Assembly: GCA_046538075.1 (NCBI GenBank)
Contig: JBKHJN010000002.1
Coordinates: forward strand, 21,465-85,464
From: Desulfobacteraceae bacterium
Lineage (GTDB): Bacteria; Desulfobacterota; Desulfobaccia; Desulfobaccales; Desulfobaccaceae
Direction: 5' to 3'
Length of the DNA: 64,000 nt
Shown here: one piece after another, positions 9,113-19,257 of the stretch
Numbering within the stretch: the stretch's first letter is position 1
Layout: each line of letters starts with the position of its first letter
Notes under the pieces: generated by a model
Told to the model about the DNA's origin: nothing
The model's input: the letters and a program-made list of their open reading frames with translations, nothing else
Database searches by the model: none
Translations under genes and position numbers: made by a program

Positions 9113-10080
9113 AATCCCACACTCCAGGCCCGGTACATGCGGCGCAACATGATCTGGGAGACCACCTGGACCAGATAAGTGACGACGAACAGCACCAAAC
9201 CCAGAGCAATCAAGGAACTGACATACAAGGGCTCGGTGGCTTCGGCAAATTCATTGGCCAGGCAGGAGGCAATGCTGTTGCCCGGAGCAAACAGCGAGGC
9301 CGAGATTCGGTGAGTATTGCCGATCACAAAAGTAACGGCCATGGTTTCTCCCAAGGCCCGCCCCAGCCCCAAAAAACAGGCCCCCAACACCCCGACCAAA
9401 CCGTAAGGGATGGTAACCTTATAGGTCACCTCCCAGGTGGTGGACCCCATGCCGTAGGCCGATTCCTTGACTACCGGCGGCACCAGCAAAAACACGTCCC
9501 GGGTGATCATGGTAATAAACGGCAGAATCATAAAGGCCAGGATGATCCCCGCGGTCAGCATGCCAATACCCATGGGCGGTCCCTGGAACAGGGGTAGAAA
9601 ACCTAGGGTATCAGCCAAAGCCGGTTGCACGTAATTGGCCATGAACGGAGCAAAGACAAACAGGCCCCACATGCCATAAATAATGCTGGGAATGGCCGCC
9701 AGCAACTCGATCAAGGTCCCGATGATGCCGCTGATCCGAGGCGGAGCCAGCTCCACCAGCAGCAGGGCGATCACTATACTCAAGGGGACCGCCAGCAGCA
9801 TGGCTATCAGGGTAGAAACCAGAGTGCCGAAGATGCTGCTGGCCGCACCAAATTCCTCGGTAACCGGGTTCCAGGCCTGAGAAACCAGGAAACCCAGTCC
9901 AAAGGTTTTGATGGTGGGAAGCGAGTATAACAGCAACTGCATAAAGATGGCCAAAATCAGCAACGGCACTATAAAGGCGCAAAATCCGGAGAGCCAGCGA
10001 AACCCGACGTCGCCAAGGGATTCGGCCCCGGTCTGGGGCCAGAGTTGAAAAAATCTTAGGATTCTATACTCCCGCACCAC
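9109..10080 (-). CDS. pstC: Phosphate ABC transporter permease PstC
   Basis: Polytopic permease (KESAYGMGSTTWEV loop). 4-nt overlap with pstA. Position after pstS. Confidence 0.9.
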   Translation of the reverse strand: MVREYRILRFFQLWPQTGAESLGDVGFRWLSGFCAFIVPLLILAIFMQLLLYSLPTIKTFGLGFLVSQAWNPVTEEFGAASSIFGTLVSTLIAMLLAVPLSIVIALLLVELAPPRISGIIGTLIELLAAIPSIIYGMWGLFVFAPFMANYVQPALADTLGFLPLFQGPPMGIGMLTAGIILAFMILPFITMITRDVFLLVPPVVKESAYGMGSTTWEVTYKVTIPYGLVGVLGACFLGLGRALGETMAVTFVIGNTHRISASLFAPGNSIASCLANEFAEATEPLYVSSLIALGLVLFVVTYLVQVVSQIMLRRMYRAWSVGL

Positions 10081-10097
10081 CTACTCCTTAAATTGTG

Positions 10098-10130
10098 CCG
10101 TAGGGAGGACCAGGCGGGTCGCCCCTACGG
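10098..10130 (-). other. Stable stem-loop in the pstS-pstC spacer
   Basis: 8-bp stem CCGTAGGG/CCCTACGG (10098-10105 / 10123-10130) with further GC pairing inside the loop. Located between the pstS stop (10192) and the pstC start (10080). Confidence 0.5.
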
Positions 10131-10191
10131 TTCCAGCAGTAGATTAAATCATCACCAGGCGTGATAAAATTAGATTGCTGGGTTTAAAATG

Positions 10192-11241
10192 TTACCGCCC
10201 AACCGCTTGGCCGTCCGCTTTAATTTCCTGGGCCCAGGAAGCTTCCACCATCTTGACCACTTCCTCCGGCATGGGCACGTAGTGCAGTTTTTCAGCGATA
10301 TCGCTCCCATGTTTGAAGCACCAATTAAAATATGCCAGCATGGCCTGGGCCAGCTTGGCATTCGGTTGGTTCTTGTGGATCAGGATGAAGGTCGCCCCGG
10401 CAATCGGCCAGGTCTGGTCCCCGGGTTGGTTGGTAAGCACCAAATAGTAGCCCGGCGCATTTTCCCAATCGGCATAGGCCGCAGCCGACTGGAAGGACTC
10501 AATGCTGGGGGCGACAAAATTGCCGGCCTGGTTCTGCAGTTTGGCATAGGTCAGGTTGCCCTTGATGGCATAGGCATATTCCACATAGCCGATGCTGCCG
10601 TCGATCCTTTTAACATTGGCCGAAACTCCCTCATTGCCCTTGGCGCCAATGCCGGTGGGCCAGGACACTACCTTGCCGTAGCCCACTGCGGTTTTCCACT
10701 CGGGGGAAATCTGGCTCAGATAGTGGGTAAACAGCCAGGTGCTGCCGGAGCCGTCCGCCCGATGGACTATGGTGATCGCCTGCGGGGGGAGCTTCAGTTG
10801 AGGATTGGCCTTTTTAAGGGCCGGGTCGTCCCAGGATTTGATTTTACCCATAAAGATCTCGGCCAGAAGCGCTTGCGAAAGCTTAAGCTCACCGGCGTTG
10901 ACGCCTTTAAGATTGACGACCGGCACAATACCGCCGATCAGCATGGGGAACATCAGCAGATCCGATTCTCTCTGGGCCTCAAGCTTCAAAGGTTCATCGG
11001 TGCCGCCGAAGTTGACCGTCTTGGCCTTGATCTGGGCAATGCCACCCCCGGAGCCGATGGATTGGTAATTGACTTCCACCCCTGTCAAGTTTTTGTATTT
11101 ATGGGCCCATTGCGAATAGACCGGATAAGGGAAAGAGGCCCCGGCGCCATTGATTTTCATGGCTTCGGCCTGGGCCAGGCCGACCACCCCAAAGATAAAT
11201 GCCAAGGTTAATGCCAAACAAAAAGTTTTCTTCATTGCCAA
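10192..11241 (-). CDS. pstS: Phosphate ABC transporter substrate-binding protein PstS
   Basis: Signal peptide, then INGAGASFPYPVYSQWA and the SGSTW-type phosphate-binding string (RADGSGSTWLFT). Confidence 0.9.
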   Translation of the reverse strand: MAMKKTFCLALTLAFIFGVVGLAQAEAMKINGAGASFPYPVYSQWAHKYKNLTGVEVNYQSIGSGGGIAQIKAKTVNFGGTDEPLKLEAQRESDLLMFPMLIGGIVPVVNLKGVNAGELKLSQALLAEIFMGKIKSWDDPALKKANPQLKLPPQAITIVHRADGSGSTWLFTHYLSQISPEWKTAVGYGKVVSWPTGIGAKGNEGVSANVKRIDGSIGYVEYAYAIKGNLTYAKLQNQAGNFVAPSIESFQSAAAYADWENAPGYYLVLTNQPGDQTWPIAGATFILIHKNQPNAKLAQAMLAYFNWCFKHGSDIAEKLHYVPMPEEVVKMVEASWAQEIKADGQAVGR

Positions 11242-11423
11242 CCTCCTCTGGGTCCCGCCAGGTGAGAAATACCTGGGGGGATAATTAAGTTTTTATTAAA
11301 ACTGTTAGACTTTGGTTAAGATTTAATTAATTTTCCACAAGTCCCAAAAATCGGCCCCGATCTTACCGCCAGGATACGGCAACGGCCAGCTCCGCCGGCG
11401 GCGCGGCGAAGGCTGGGGTGGCC

Positions 11424-12887
11424 CTAAAAGTAAATCTGATAAACCATCTGGAAGCGAATATCGTCTCCCAGGGCGGTGTTCATCCCCGCCGGGCTCAGTA
11501 TCGCCCCCCGGGTGCCGTTCCAGCCGATCCAGCGGTTGATATTGCGGCCGTATTTGGTGGTTTCAAAAACCAACAGCAGCAGGTTCTTCTTGTAAATCTC
11601 GTAGGCCAATCCGGCGATATATTTGTGATACATGGCGCTGCGGTAAAAGTCATTGTCCTTGTCGGCATCGTAATAGTCGAAGCGGGCAAAGGCGTTCAAG
11701 CGCCGCTCCCACCAGGGTAATCTGACATTGCCGAACAGGGAGAAGCCATGACCCCACAGACCAGCACCGGTGGGGGTGACCCGCCGGCCTTCCTGACCGC
11801 CCTTGGCGGCGTAATACTGGCCGGTAAAAATGACCCAGGGGTTCTGGTAACTCAACATCACCTGGTGGACGATCCAGTCGGCAAAGTAATTGGGATCAGT
11901 GGCCAAGGGTGCGGCCGCGGCCAGATCACCCGAAGTCGAGATACTGTCATTGCCCTTGCCGTACAGCCCAAAGTAGCTCAGTTGCAGCCCGGCCAGCCAA
12001 CGGTAATAAGGCAGGGGCCGCAAGGTCACCCGGTATTCCACGGTCTTGTTGTCGTTGTTCTCCCCGTTGTGGTAGCTGGCCCCATTATAGACCCCGACAT
12101 GCCAACTGCCATAGAGGCCGTCGTAATGGCTGTCGCCGATCACCACTTTCGATTCCGGCACCCGGCCGCCAAAATAGCCGCGCAGGCTAACGCCGAGATC
12201 CGCGGAATTAAAGATTCCGGCCCGCTCAATGGCCATGGTCCCCTGACAGCGGTAGGGGTTGATATGCTCTTCAAAATCGAGCCAGGGCATGTGCCCCATG
12301 CCGATTTCCGATTTCATATCGGTCAAAAACCCTAGATTGGGAGGCCGCAGCTCAGCATAATAGTACTTAAACCGGACTTCATAGTCTTCGCCGTTAGGCC
12401 GGTGCCGGTCCAGGGTAGCCCGAGCCGACATCCAGGGAGTGATCTTTTTTTGAACGGTGATATAAGCCCGGGTCAGGTCAAATTGGTTGTATGAGTTTTT
12501 TTCTCCCTGCGGTACCGGTATCGGTCTTTCGCCGACCGAGTAGTCGACATAGCCCAAGAACTTAATTTCCAGGTCCTTTAAGGCCTTGGGCACCATTTTG
12601 TCGGCTTTTTCTTCAACCGACTTGGCAACTTCTTTGTTAATCTTTTGCTCTTTTTCCTTTTCCAGGTCTTGGGCTTCCTGTTCTACCTGGATAGCTTCCT
12701 GGGGAGTGAGAACTCCCTTGCGGATCAACACCTCCAAAAGCGGGTCGCGGGCCGCCCCCGGGGAGGCCGTCCCCAGGATAACTGCCAGGACCACGGCCCC
12801 CAAACTCAGGAGCGAAAAACCTCTCCACTTGGCTAAATTCCGTTCTAGACGTCTGGACCAAAACGGCGCCATAATTCTGCTGTTCAC
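11424..12887 (-). CDS. Outer-membrane porin, probably phosphate-selective (OprO/P-like)
   Basis: Signal sequence, an N-terminal charged coiled segment, an aromatic/Gly-rich beta-strand pattern and a terminal F (MVYQIYF). Sits between phoBR and pstS. Confidence 0.55.
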   Translation of the reverse strand: MNSRIMAPFWSRRLERNLAKWRGFSLLSLGAVVLAVILGTASPGAARDPLLEVLIRKGVLTPQEAIQVEQEAQDLEKEKEQKINKEVAKSVEEKADKMVPKALKDLEIKFLGYVDYSVGERPIPVPQGEKNSYNQFDLTRAYITVQKKITPWMSARATLDRHRPNGEDYEVRFKYYYAELRPPNLGFLTDMKSEIGMGHMPWLDFEEHINPYRCQGTMAIERAGIFNSADLGVSLRGYFGGRVPESKVVIGDSHYDGLYGSWHVGVYNGASYHNGENNDNKTVEYRVTLRPLPYYRWLAGLQLSYFGLYGKGNDSISTSGDLAAAAPLATDPNYFADWIVHQVMLSYQNPWVIFTGQYYAAKGGQEGRRVTPTGAGLWGHGFSLFGNVRLPWWERRLNAFARFDYYDADKDNDFYRSAMYHKYIAGLAYEIYKKNLLLLVFETTKYGRNINRWIGWNGTRGAILSPAGMNTALGDDIRFQMVYQIYF

Positions 12888-13213
12888 CTCTGATCTCCTT
12901 TCACCTTAGGTTTATTTTTGATTTTTGCTTTAAGCAAAAACTCAGCATTGATTCACTTCTCCGCCCCTTAGCCCTGTTGGCAGGTAAACCTTCAGCCAGT
13001 GGCTCAAGGCGATAAGGGCTTGCCAATAAAAAGGACTTTGAATGCCCTAAGCTGCAGCCCTCAAAAAGAATTGCCAAAAGTAGCTTGAAGGCTCCGACTA
13101 AGATTTCCAGGCTCGGTAGGGAAGATAACTGGTTAATATTTGCAGGTTACAAGGAAAGAGTTTGGAATGATTTTAAATTTTATTAAATTATGGTTAGCGG
13201 ACTTCAGGCGGGA

Positions 13214-14992
13214 TCACAATTGACTCTGAGGAATATGCAGAGAAAATACGCTGCCCTGGCCGGGGGTGCTTTCCACCGTCACCCGGCCGCCATGGGCCTG
13301 GGCGATGTGTTTGACAATGGCCAGCCCCAGGCCGGTGCCGCCGATCCGGCGACTCCGACTGGCATCAACGCGATAGAAGCGCTCAAAGATGCGGGGCTGA
13401 TGTTCCTTGGTGATGCCGATGCCTTGATCCTGGACGCTGATGATAATTTCCTGGTTACGGCTTTCGGTCGCCACCTGGACGACGCTTTCCGGGGGGCTGT
13501 ATTTAATAGCGTTATCAATGAGATTTACCAATGCCTGTTCTAGAAGATGGACATTGATCGGAGCCTGCAGGTCGTCGGGACCGGCCCTGATTATGCTGAT
13601 GCCTTTGGCCGCGGCCCGCCCGGCACAGACCTGCATAGTAGCCTGCAAGACTTCGTTGATCGGGGCCTGGATCAGACTGAATTTTACCTGATCAGCCTCT
13701 TGTTCCAGTCGGGACAGGCTCAGCAGGTCCTCAATGATCTGATTGAGCCGGTCAGCCTGGCGGCCGATAATCTCAAGAAATTCTTTGGCCTTCTCTGGTT
13801 CGGCCAACGCCCCCTCCTGCAAGGTCTCAACAAAGCCTTTGATGGAGGTGATCGGGGTACGGAGTTCATGGGAGACATTGGCCACAAAGTCCCGGCGGGC
13901 ATTCTCCAGCCGCCGCAGCCGGGTGACGTCATGGATCACAATCAAGGCCCCGATCGGCGAGCCTTGCAGGTCCCGGAGCTGGGTGCCGTGGGCTTGCAAA
14001 AACCGCTCATTGCCGTTGCTTAACACGATCTCGCCCTCAATCGGCGCGGTGGCGGTCTGGGCCCGGGTGACGAACCATTGCAGGTCGGTATTTCGAATTA
14101 CTTCCTGAATACTGCGCTGTTGCACCGCGCTGGGTTCCACTTCAAGCAATCGGGCCCCGGTGGTATTCAGAGTGATGATGTGCCCCTGGCTATCGACCGC
14201 GATCACTCCCTCTACCATGCTGGACAGGATGGCTTCATGTTCGTGACGCTGCCTCAGGATGGTACGGATGCGGTCATCGAGCTGGGCCGCCATATGGTTT
14301 AAGGCTTCGGCCAGGCTGGCCAACTCGTCGGAGGCAAATACCGGCACCTTGCGACTCAGGTTGCCCTGGGCAAAGCGGGCCGCCCCTCGCTTCATTTCCT
14401 CCAGCGGCCGGGAGAGGCGGCGGGAGATAAACAGACTCAGACCAGCCGCCATTAGGGCCACAGCCACTCCTCCCAACGCTATTTTGACATTGATCGACTG
14501 CAAGACCTGGTTGATGGCAGTCACCGGAATGGCGGCCCGCACCACGCCGCTCACCCGCCCCTGCTCTTTAAGAGGCCGGGCCACATACATCATATACTGA
14601 TTCAGGGTGTAACTTTTCCGGGTCTTGGTGACCATCTGGCCGGCCAGTGCTCCCTGGATTTCCGGCCGATCGGCATGGTTGTCCATCTTAGCCGGGTCCT
14701 GGTGGGAGTCGCCCAGGACCTCACCCGAGGGCAGGATAATGGTGAACCGGGTATGGGTTCTTTTGCCCCAGGATTTACATAAGGCGTCTAGCTCCCCCCT
14801 CTGGTAGGCATCTATCCTTGGCGCTACCTGCATGGACAAGAGGCTGGCCTGATCTCCCAGGTCAACGGCCATCTGCTTTAAATAAACCTGCTCCCAGACC
14901 CGGGAAATATACCAGGTGACTGCGGCCAGCGAAATAATGGTGATTAAAAAATAGGAGGGGAAAAGATGCCAGAGAAGCCGTTTGCGGCGCAT
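13214..14992 (-). CDS. phoR: Phosphate regulon sensor histidine kinase PhoR-like
   Basis: N-terminal TM segments, HAMP, PAS, H-box SHELRTPITSIKG and an HATPase domain (GGTGLGLAIVKH). 4-nt gap to phoB. Confidence 0.85.
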   Translation of the reverse strand: MRRKRLLWHLFPSYFLITIISLAAVTWYISRVWEQVYLKQMAVDLGDQASLLSMQVAPRIDAYQRGELDALCKSWGKRTHTRFTIILPSGEVLGDSHQDPAKMDNHADRPEIQGALAGQMVTKTRKSYTLNQYMMYVARPLKEQGRVSGVVRAAIPVTAINQVLQSINVKIALGGVAVALMAAGLSLFISRRLSRPLEEMKRGAARFAQGNLSRKVPVFASDELASLAEALNHMAAQLDDRIRTILRQRHEHEAILSSMVEGVIAVDSQGHIITLNTTGARLLEVEPSAVQQRSIQEVIRNTDLQWFVTRAQTATAPIEGEIVLSNGNERFLQAHGTQLRDLQGSPIGALIVIHDVTRLRRLENARRDFVANVSHELRTPITSIKGFVETLQEGALAEPEKAKEFLEIIGRQADRLNQIIEDLLSLSRLEQEADQVKFSLIQAPINEVLQATMQVCAGRAAAKGISIIRAGPDDLQAPINVHLLEQALVNLIDNAIKYSPPESVVQVATESRNQEIIISVQDQGIGITKEHQPRIFERFYRVDASRSRRIGGTGLGLAIVKHIAQAHGGRVTVESTPGQGSVFSLHIPQSQL

Positions 14993-14995
14993 GGG

Positions 14996-15682
14996 TTATT
15001 CCTTGAAGCGGTAGCCGACCCCCCGCACCGTTTCAATATAATTGCCGACCGCTCCCAGCTTTTTGCGCAGGCCGACGATTTGGACATCTATAGAGCGGTC
15101 TGAGACCGGATAATCGTCGCCATGGACCCCATTGATGATCTGGGTCCGGGTGAATACCCAGCCCGGACGCCGGGCCAACATGTGCAACAGGCGGAACTCG
15201 GTCACCGTCAGTTCCACTGGAAGACCGGCCACCAGGACCTCGTGGCGGCCCGGATGGATTGTCAGGCCGTGGATGGTTAATGGGGAAGTATCTCCCGGCG
15301 GTTCAATCGCCCGGCGGCGCAGGACCGCCCGCACCCGGGCAACCAGTACACGGGGGCTGAAGGGTTTGGTTATGTAATCGTCGGCGCCCAGTTCCAGGCC
15401 GGCAACAATGTCCGCTTCCTCGCCCTTGGCGGTTAGAATAACCACTGGAATATGCTGGGTTCTGACATCGTGCTTCAGCACCCGGCAGACCTCCAGGCCG
15501 TCGATCCCAGGCAGCATCAGATCGAGCAACACCAGGTCCGGCGCCGTGCTCCGAGCCGCTTTCAACCCCTCTTCCCCGGAGGCCACTCCGGTGATACGGA
15601 ATCCTTCCCGTGACAGGTTATATCTGACTAACTCCAGGATGTCTTCTTCGTCCTCCACCACCAGGAGGTGCTCTTTGGCCAT
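14996..15682 (-). CDS. phoB: Phosphate regulon response regulator PhoB-like (OmpR family)
   Basis: Receiver domain (LLVVEDEEDI, DLVLLDLMLPGIDG) plus a winged-helix C-terminus (IETVRGVGYRF). Confidence 0.85.
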   Translation of the reverse strand: MAKEHLLVVEDEEDILELVRYNLSREGFRITGVASGEEGLKAARSTAPDLVLLDLMLPGIDGLEVCRVLKHDVRTQHIPVVILTAKGEEADIVAGLELGADDYITKPFSPRVLVARVRAVLRRRAIEPPGDTSPLTIHGLTIHPGRHEVLVAGLPVELTVTEFRLLHMLARRPGWVFTRTQIINGVHGDDYPVSDRSIDVQIVGLRKKLGAVGNYIETVRGVGYRFKE

Positions 15683-15867
15683 TAATTATCTCCTGAATTA
15701 ATCCATGCAGAATATAACCTAATACTGTCTTAATTGTATTAGTTTACGATTAATATTTTATCAATTTTTCATGAGAACTCAATAATCGGGAAAATTAGCT
15801 GGTGGAAGACCGGCCAGAGGCAGATTCTTTACTTGCTCAGATAAAAGAATAACTTTTTTCTGGACTT

Positions 15868-18800
15868 TCAGGTCAATGAGACCTGATCGGGGCAATGGAT
15901 GACTCCGTGCAATATCCGGCTCAGTTCGGTGATCCGGAAAGGTTTGGGAATAATTCCCTGGAAGCCGTATTCTCTAAAATTGAGCAGCGCCGTCCCATCC
16001 GCATAGCCGCTGGAAACAATGGCTTTGGCCCTGGGGTCCAGCTCCAGCAATCTCTTTATGGCTTCTTTACCGCCCATACCCCCGGGAATGGTTAAGTCCA
16101 TGATGACTGCGGTGAAGGGCTGACCCTCTGCTTGGGCTCGGGCATATAACTTGAGGGCTTCGGCTCCATCCCGGGCAAAGTCCACCTGGTAGCCGATCTT
16201 CTCCAACATCTTGCCGACTAAATCCCTGATCATCGGTTCATCATCCATCACCAAAATCTTGCCCTGGCCGGCCAGCGGTAGGGGATGGAATTGGATTGAC
16301 GTATCAATTTTTTTCTGGGAGGCCGGCAGATAAATCTCGAAGCAGGTGCCCACCCCGATTTCGGAATCTACCGTGATATAGCCTTCGTGGTTTTTAATGA
16401 TCGAATAGGCGGTGGCCAGACCTAGGCCGCTGCCCTTCTGTTTGGTAGTAAAGTAAGGATCGAATATACGGCTTAAATGTCCCTTGGGAATCCCAATTCC
16501 TTGATCAATGATGGAGATTTTGACATATCTGCCCTTTTTCAAGGGAATAACCGAACTGCGATCTATGACGACGTTTTCCGCCACCACCTTTATCATTCCG
16601 CCCTGGGGCATGGCTTGTTCGGCATTGATGATTAAGTTGTTGATCACCTGGCTCAATTGGCCCTGATCCACCTCAACCGGCCACAGATTTTCGGATAGGC
16701 TAAATTCGCTCTGGACCATTGACCCGATCAGGGCAAAGTTAACCCAATCTTTTAATAAGTCGGGGATGATTGTCAGTTTTTTAACCGGCATGCCGCCCTT
16801 GGCAAAGGTGAGCAATTGTCTGGTCAGATCGGTGGCCCGCAGGCAGGCATTCTCGGCGGCGTTCAACATTTTATAAAGCTCATCCAAAGGATGGGAATTT
16901 AACATGGTCAGGGCTAAAGACAGGTTGCCTAAAACCCCATGTAAAAGGTTATTAAAATCATGAGCCAGTCCCCCGGCCAGGATGCTGAGAGACTCTATCC
17001 TGCTGGCCTTTAGCAGTTCTTCTTCCAATTTTTTGCGCGCCGTAATGTCGTGGGCGATCCCCAACCCCAGCGACCGGCCGCGCAGGTTAATCGGATAACT
17101 CTTCACCTCAGCTATGACTTTACCCCCGTCCCGACGGTTTAAGGTGAATTCCAGGGGGCCGGCGGCCTCCCCTTGCGCCATTTGATCAAGCACGTTGGAC
17201 ACTAATGATTTTTGCTCGGTCTCCACCAGCGGCAGGTTGAGCAAATTCTGACCGATTAACTCCTCTCGCGGGAACCCCACCAGTTTTTCTGCGGCCCGAT
17301 TGCCGTCGATCAAATTACCGGCTAGATCGTGGAGAAAATAAGCATCCGGGGCATATTCGAACAAGATCTTAAAGCGCTCTTCAGACTCTTTTAAGGCCTC
17401 CTCGGCGCGGCTACGCTCGGTAATATCCTCATAAATGATCAGGTAATCTTGGTTTTCCAAGCCCACCGGCCGGAAGTGAATAATCTTTTCCGAGCCGTCC
17501 TTGCAAGTCACGGTAAAGGTGCGCGGCCGACATTCCCCCGGGCGAACCGCTTCCCGGTCTTTAATCCAGGTAGAGATAACCTCTTGGCGATACCGGGGAT
17601 CAGGATAAGCTTTGGGGAACCATTGCTTGCCAGTGGGAATTTCCTCCAGAGTGTAGCCAAAAAGCTCGATGAACTTAGGGTTGACGTACTGGTATTCACC
17701 CTTTTTATTAATAAGACTGATCCCCAGGGGGGCTTGTTCCACCAGGAGCTGGAATTTTTGCTTTTCCTTTTGCAGGGCCTCTTCAGCCTGCAAACGCTCT
17801 GAAAGGTCGACATCAATGCAGAACATCAGCGGCGATCGGTTCGGCAGACAAACCACGGTATGAATGGAATATACCGGAACCAGAGAGCCATCCTTATGCC
17901 TAAGCCGAAGCTCACCCGGGGGCATAAACTCACCTGATTGAGTCGCCTTTGCTCCTAATTCCAGCCCCTGCGCAAAAAGCGGCTTTAATTCCGGCGGGAT
18001 TATCAGATCCGCCAGGTTCTTGCCTATGGCCTCTTCCGCAGTATAGCCATAGACATCTTCGCTGGCCTTGTTCCAATAGCGCACGATCCCATCAACCCCA
18101 TACCCCTGAATAGAAACGCCGGGAATGTAATCTAGAAGATTGCGAAACTTGGCTTCGCTCTCGCGCAGGGCCGCTTCGGTGCGCTGGCTGGCGGTAATGT
18201 CCAGGCTGATGGCAATGGCTCCTGCCACCTTATTTCTTTGATCTTGTAGCGGATAACCGCGGATTAACCACACCCGGCCATCAGCTAACACCATCTCTGC
18301 TTCCTGGGACTGGCCGGTTTGCCAAGCCCTGGCCACCGGGCAGTCTGGACAGGGTTGGCGACGATGTTGCCATAATTCATAACAATGACGGCCCAAAAGT
18401 TGCTGGGGCTCCAGGCCCAGCGATGCCGCCGCCGCCTGGTTGGCCCACAAGATGCAATGCTCCAGATCCTGGTGGACCAAAATTTCGGAGATATGATTCA
18501 AAAACAGCGTCTGCTTCTGTTCCTCTCGGACCAGGGCCGGGGATGCCTCTATCCGTTGCCTCAAGTTATCCAAGAGCAGCTCTAGATGGCAGTCGTGAGC
18601 TGCTGTTTCTGCCTCTGCCGGCGGTGGAATATAGTAGATATTTTTATAAACCCGGCCCGCATAGATCACTTGAGGGTGAACGGAAATCAGGTGAGGCCAG
18701 GTGTGGGGAGATAAGGCCCGGCAGGGATAATGAAAAATGCCCAAGGCCGCGTGTTCGGCAAAAAAACGGTTAAGTTTAACCCGATAATCGATCAGAGCCT

Positions 18801-19257
18801 GGCCATTAAAATGGAGGTCCGCTTTGCAGATAATTTTGCCGGTTATCCGAAGCGCCGCATAACCAGAAGCCCGAGCGCCAGCGGCCGCCTCCTCCAGAAA
18901 GTTAATCAACGCGTCTTGCTCAAAGCCTCCGGGCCGGGGATCGAATCTTTTAGCCGGGGCGATAATTAACGCCCCGGTATCAAGGGCGGCGTCGACCCCA
19001 AGGCCTCCCTGGCGCAGGGCATCAATCATCGCTGGTTCATCATCATCAGCCAGGAGATAGAGGCACTGTTGTCGCTGTTCCCAACCCGACTGAATAAAGG
19101 CAATAACTAGTTCCAGACGCTCAGCCGGATTCTTATAGAATAGACCGAGGTGTTCATGGCAGGTTAATCGGTCCAACAGCTCCGGAAGCTGAAGGTCAAG
19201 GCTATTTTTACCTTCCATGGTCAGACTCCGATATAGGTGTGGTTGCAGATCGGGCAC
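15868..19257 (-). CDS. Hybrid sensor histidine kinase: N-terminal MEDS-like domain, multiple PAS domains, HisKA/HATPase, C-terminal receiver
   Basis: MEDS-like HEHLGLFYKNPAERLELVIAFIQSGWEQRQQCLYLLADDD. Repeated PAS segments, several preceded by coiled linkers. H-box LAHDFNNLL, G-boxes GSGLGLATAY, receiver KILVMDDEP...VIMDLTIPGGMGG. Confidence 0.85.
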   Translation of the reverse strand: MPDLQPHLYRSLTMEGKNSLDLQLPELLDRLTCHEHLGLFYKNPAERLELVIAFIQSGWEQRQQCLYLLADDDEPAMIDALRQGGLGVDAALDTGALIIAPAKRFDPRPGGFEQDALINFLEEAAAGARASGYAALRITGKIICKADLHFNGQALIDYRVKLNRFFAEHAALGIFHYPCRALSPHTWPHLISVHPQVIYAGRVYKNIYYIPPPAEAETAAHDCHLELLLDNLRQRIEASPALVREEQKQTLFLNHISEILVHQDLEHCILWANQAAAASLGLEPQQLLGRHCYELWQHRRQPCPDCPVARAWQTGQSQEAEMVLADGRVWLIRGYPLQDQRNKVAGAIAISLDITASQRTEAALRESEAKFRNLLDYIPGVSIQGYGVDGIVRYWNKASEDVYGYTAEEAIGKNLADLIIPPELKPLFAQGLELGAKATQSGEFMPPGELRLRHKDGSLVPVYSIHTVVCLPNRSPLMFCIDVDLSERLQAEEALQKEKQKFQLLVEQAPLGISLINKKGEYQYVNPKFIELFGYTLEEIPTGKQWFPKAYPDPRYRQEVISTWIKDREAVRPGECRPRTFTVTCKDGSEKIIHFRPVGLENQDYLIIYEDITERSRAEEALKESEERFKILFEYAPDAYFLHDLAGNLIDGNRAAEKLVGFPREELIGQNLLNLPLVETEQKSLVSNVLDQMAQGEAAGPLEFTLNRRDGGKVIAEVKSYPINLRGRSLGLGIAHDITARKKLEEELLKASRIESLSILAGGLAHDFNNLLHGVLGNLSLALTMLNSHPLDELYKMLNAAENACLRATDLTRQLLTFAKGGMPVKKLTIIPDLLKDWVNFALIGSMVQSEFSLSENLWPVEVDQGQLSQVINNLIINAEQAMPQGGMIKVVAENVVIDRSSVIPLKKGRYVKISIIDQGIGIPKGHLSRIFDPYFTTKQKGSGLGLATAYSIIKNHEGYITVDSEIGVGTCFEIYLPASQKKIDTSIQFHPLPLAGQGKILVMDDEPMIRDLVGKMLEKIGYQVDFARDGAEALKLYARAQAEGQPFTAVIMDLTIPGGMGGKEAIKRLLELDPRAKAIVSSGYADGTALLNFREYGFQGIIPKPFRITELSRILHGVIHCPDQVSLT

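Noticed and set aside
10189-11211. 340-aa plus-strand ORF antisense to pstS. Similar long antisense ORFs occur at 608-1279, 47797-48423, 48496-49152, 52678-53412, 53425-54168, 55667-56209, 58149-58841 and 61131-61880.
   Set aside because: Each lies fully inside a confidently identified gene on the opposite strand. Their translations are low-complexity (G/R/P/A/H-rich) with no recognisable motifs. These are typical shadow ORFs of GC-rich coding DNA.
11303-11321. Possible Pho box upstream of pstS (minus strand CTTAACCAAAGTCTAACAG, two TAAC-containing 7-mers at 11-bp spacing)
   Set aside because: Only 4 of 7 positions are shared between the half-sites. The related TAACC pairs upstream of the porin are spaced 14 bp apart, and I found no clear equivalent upstream of phoB. 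Not supportable without comparative data.
12922-12940. AT-rich palindrome TTTTTGCTT-T-AAGCAAAAA in the porin leader
   Set aside because: Short, low-stability, and no second copy or obvious function. It could be chance in an AT-rich leader.
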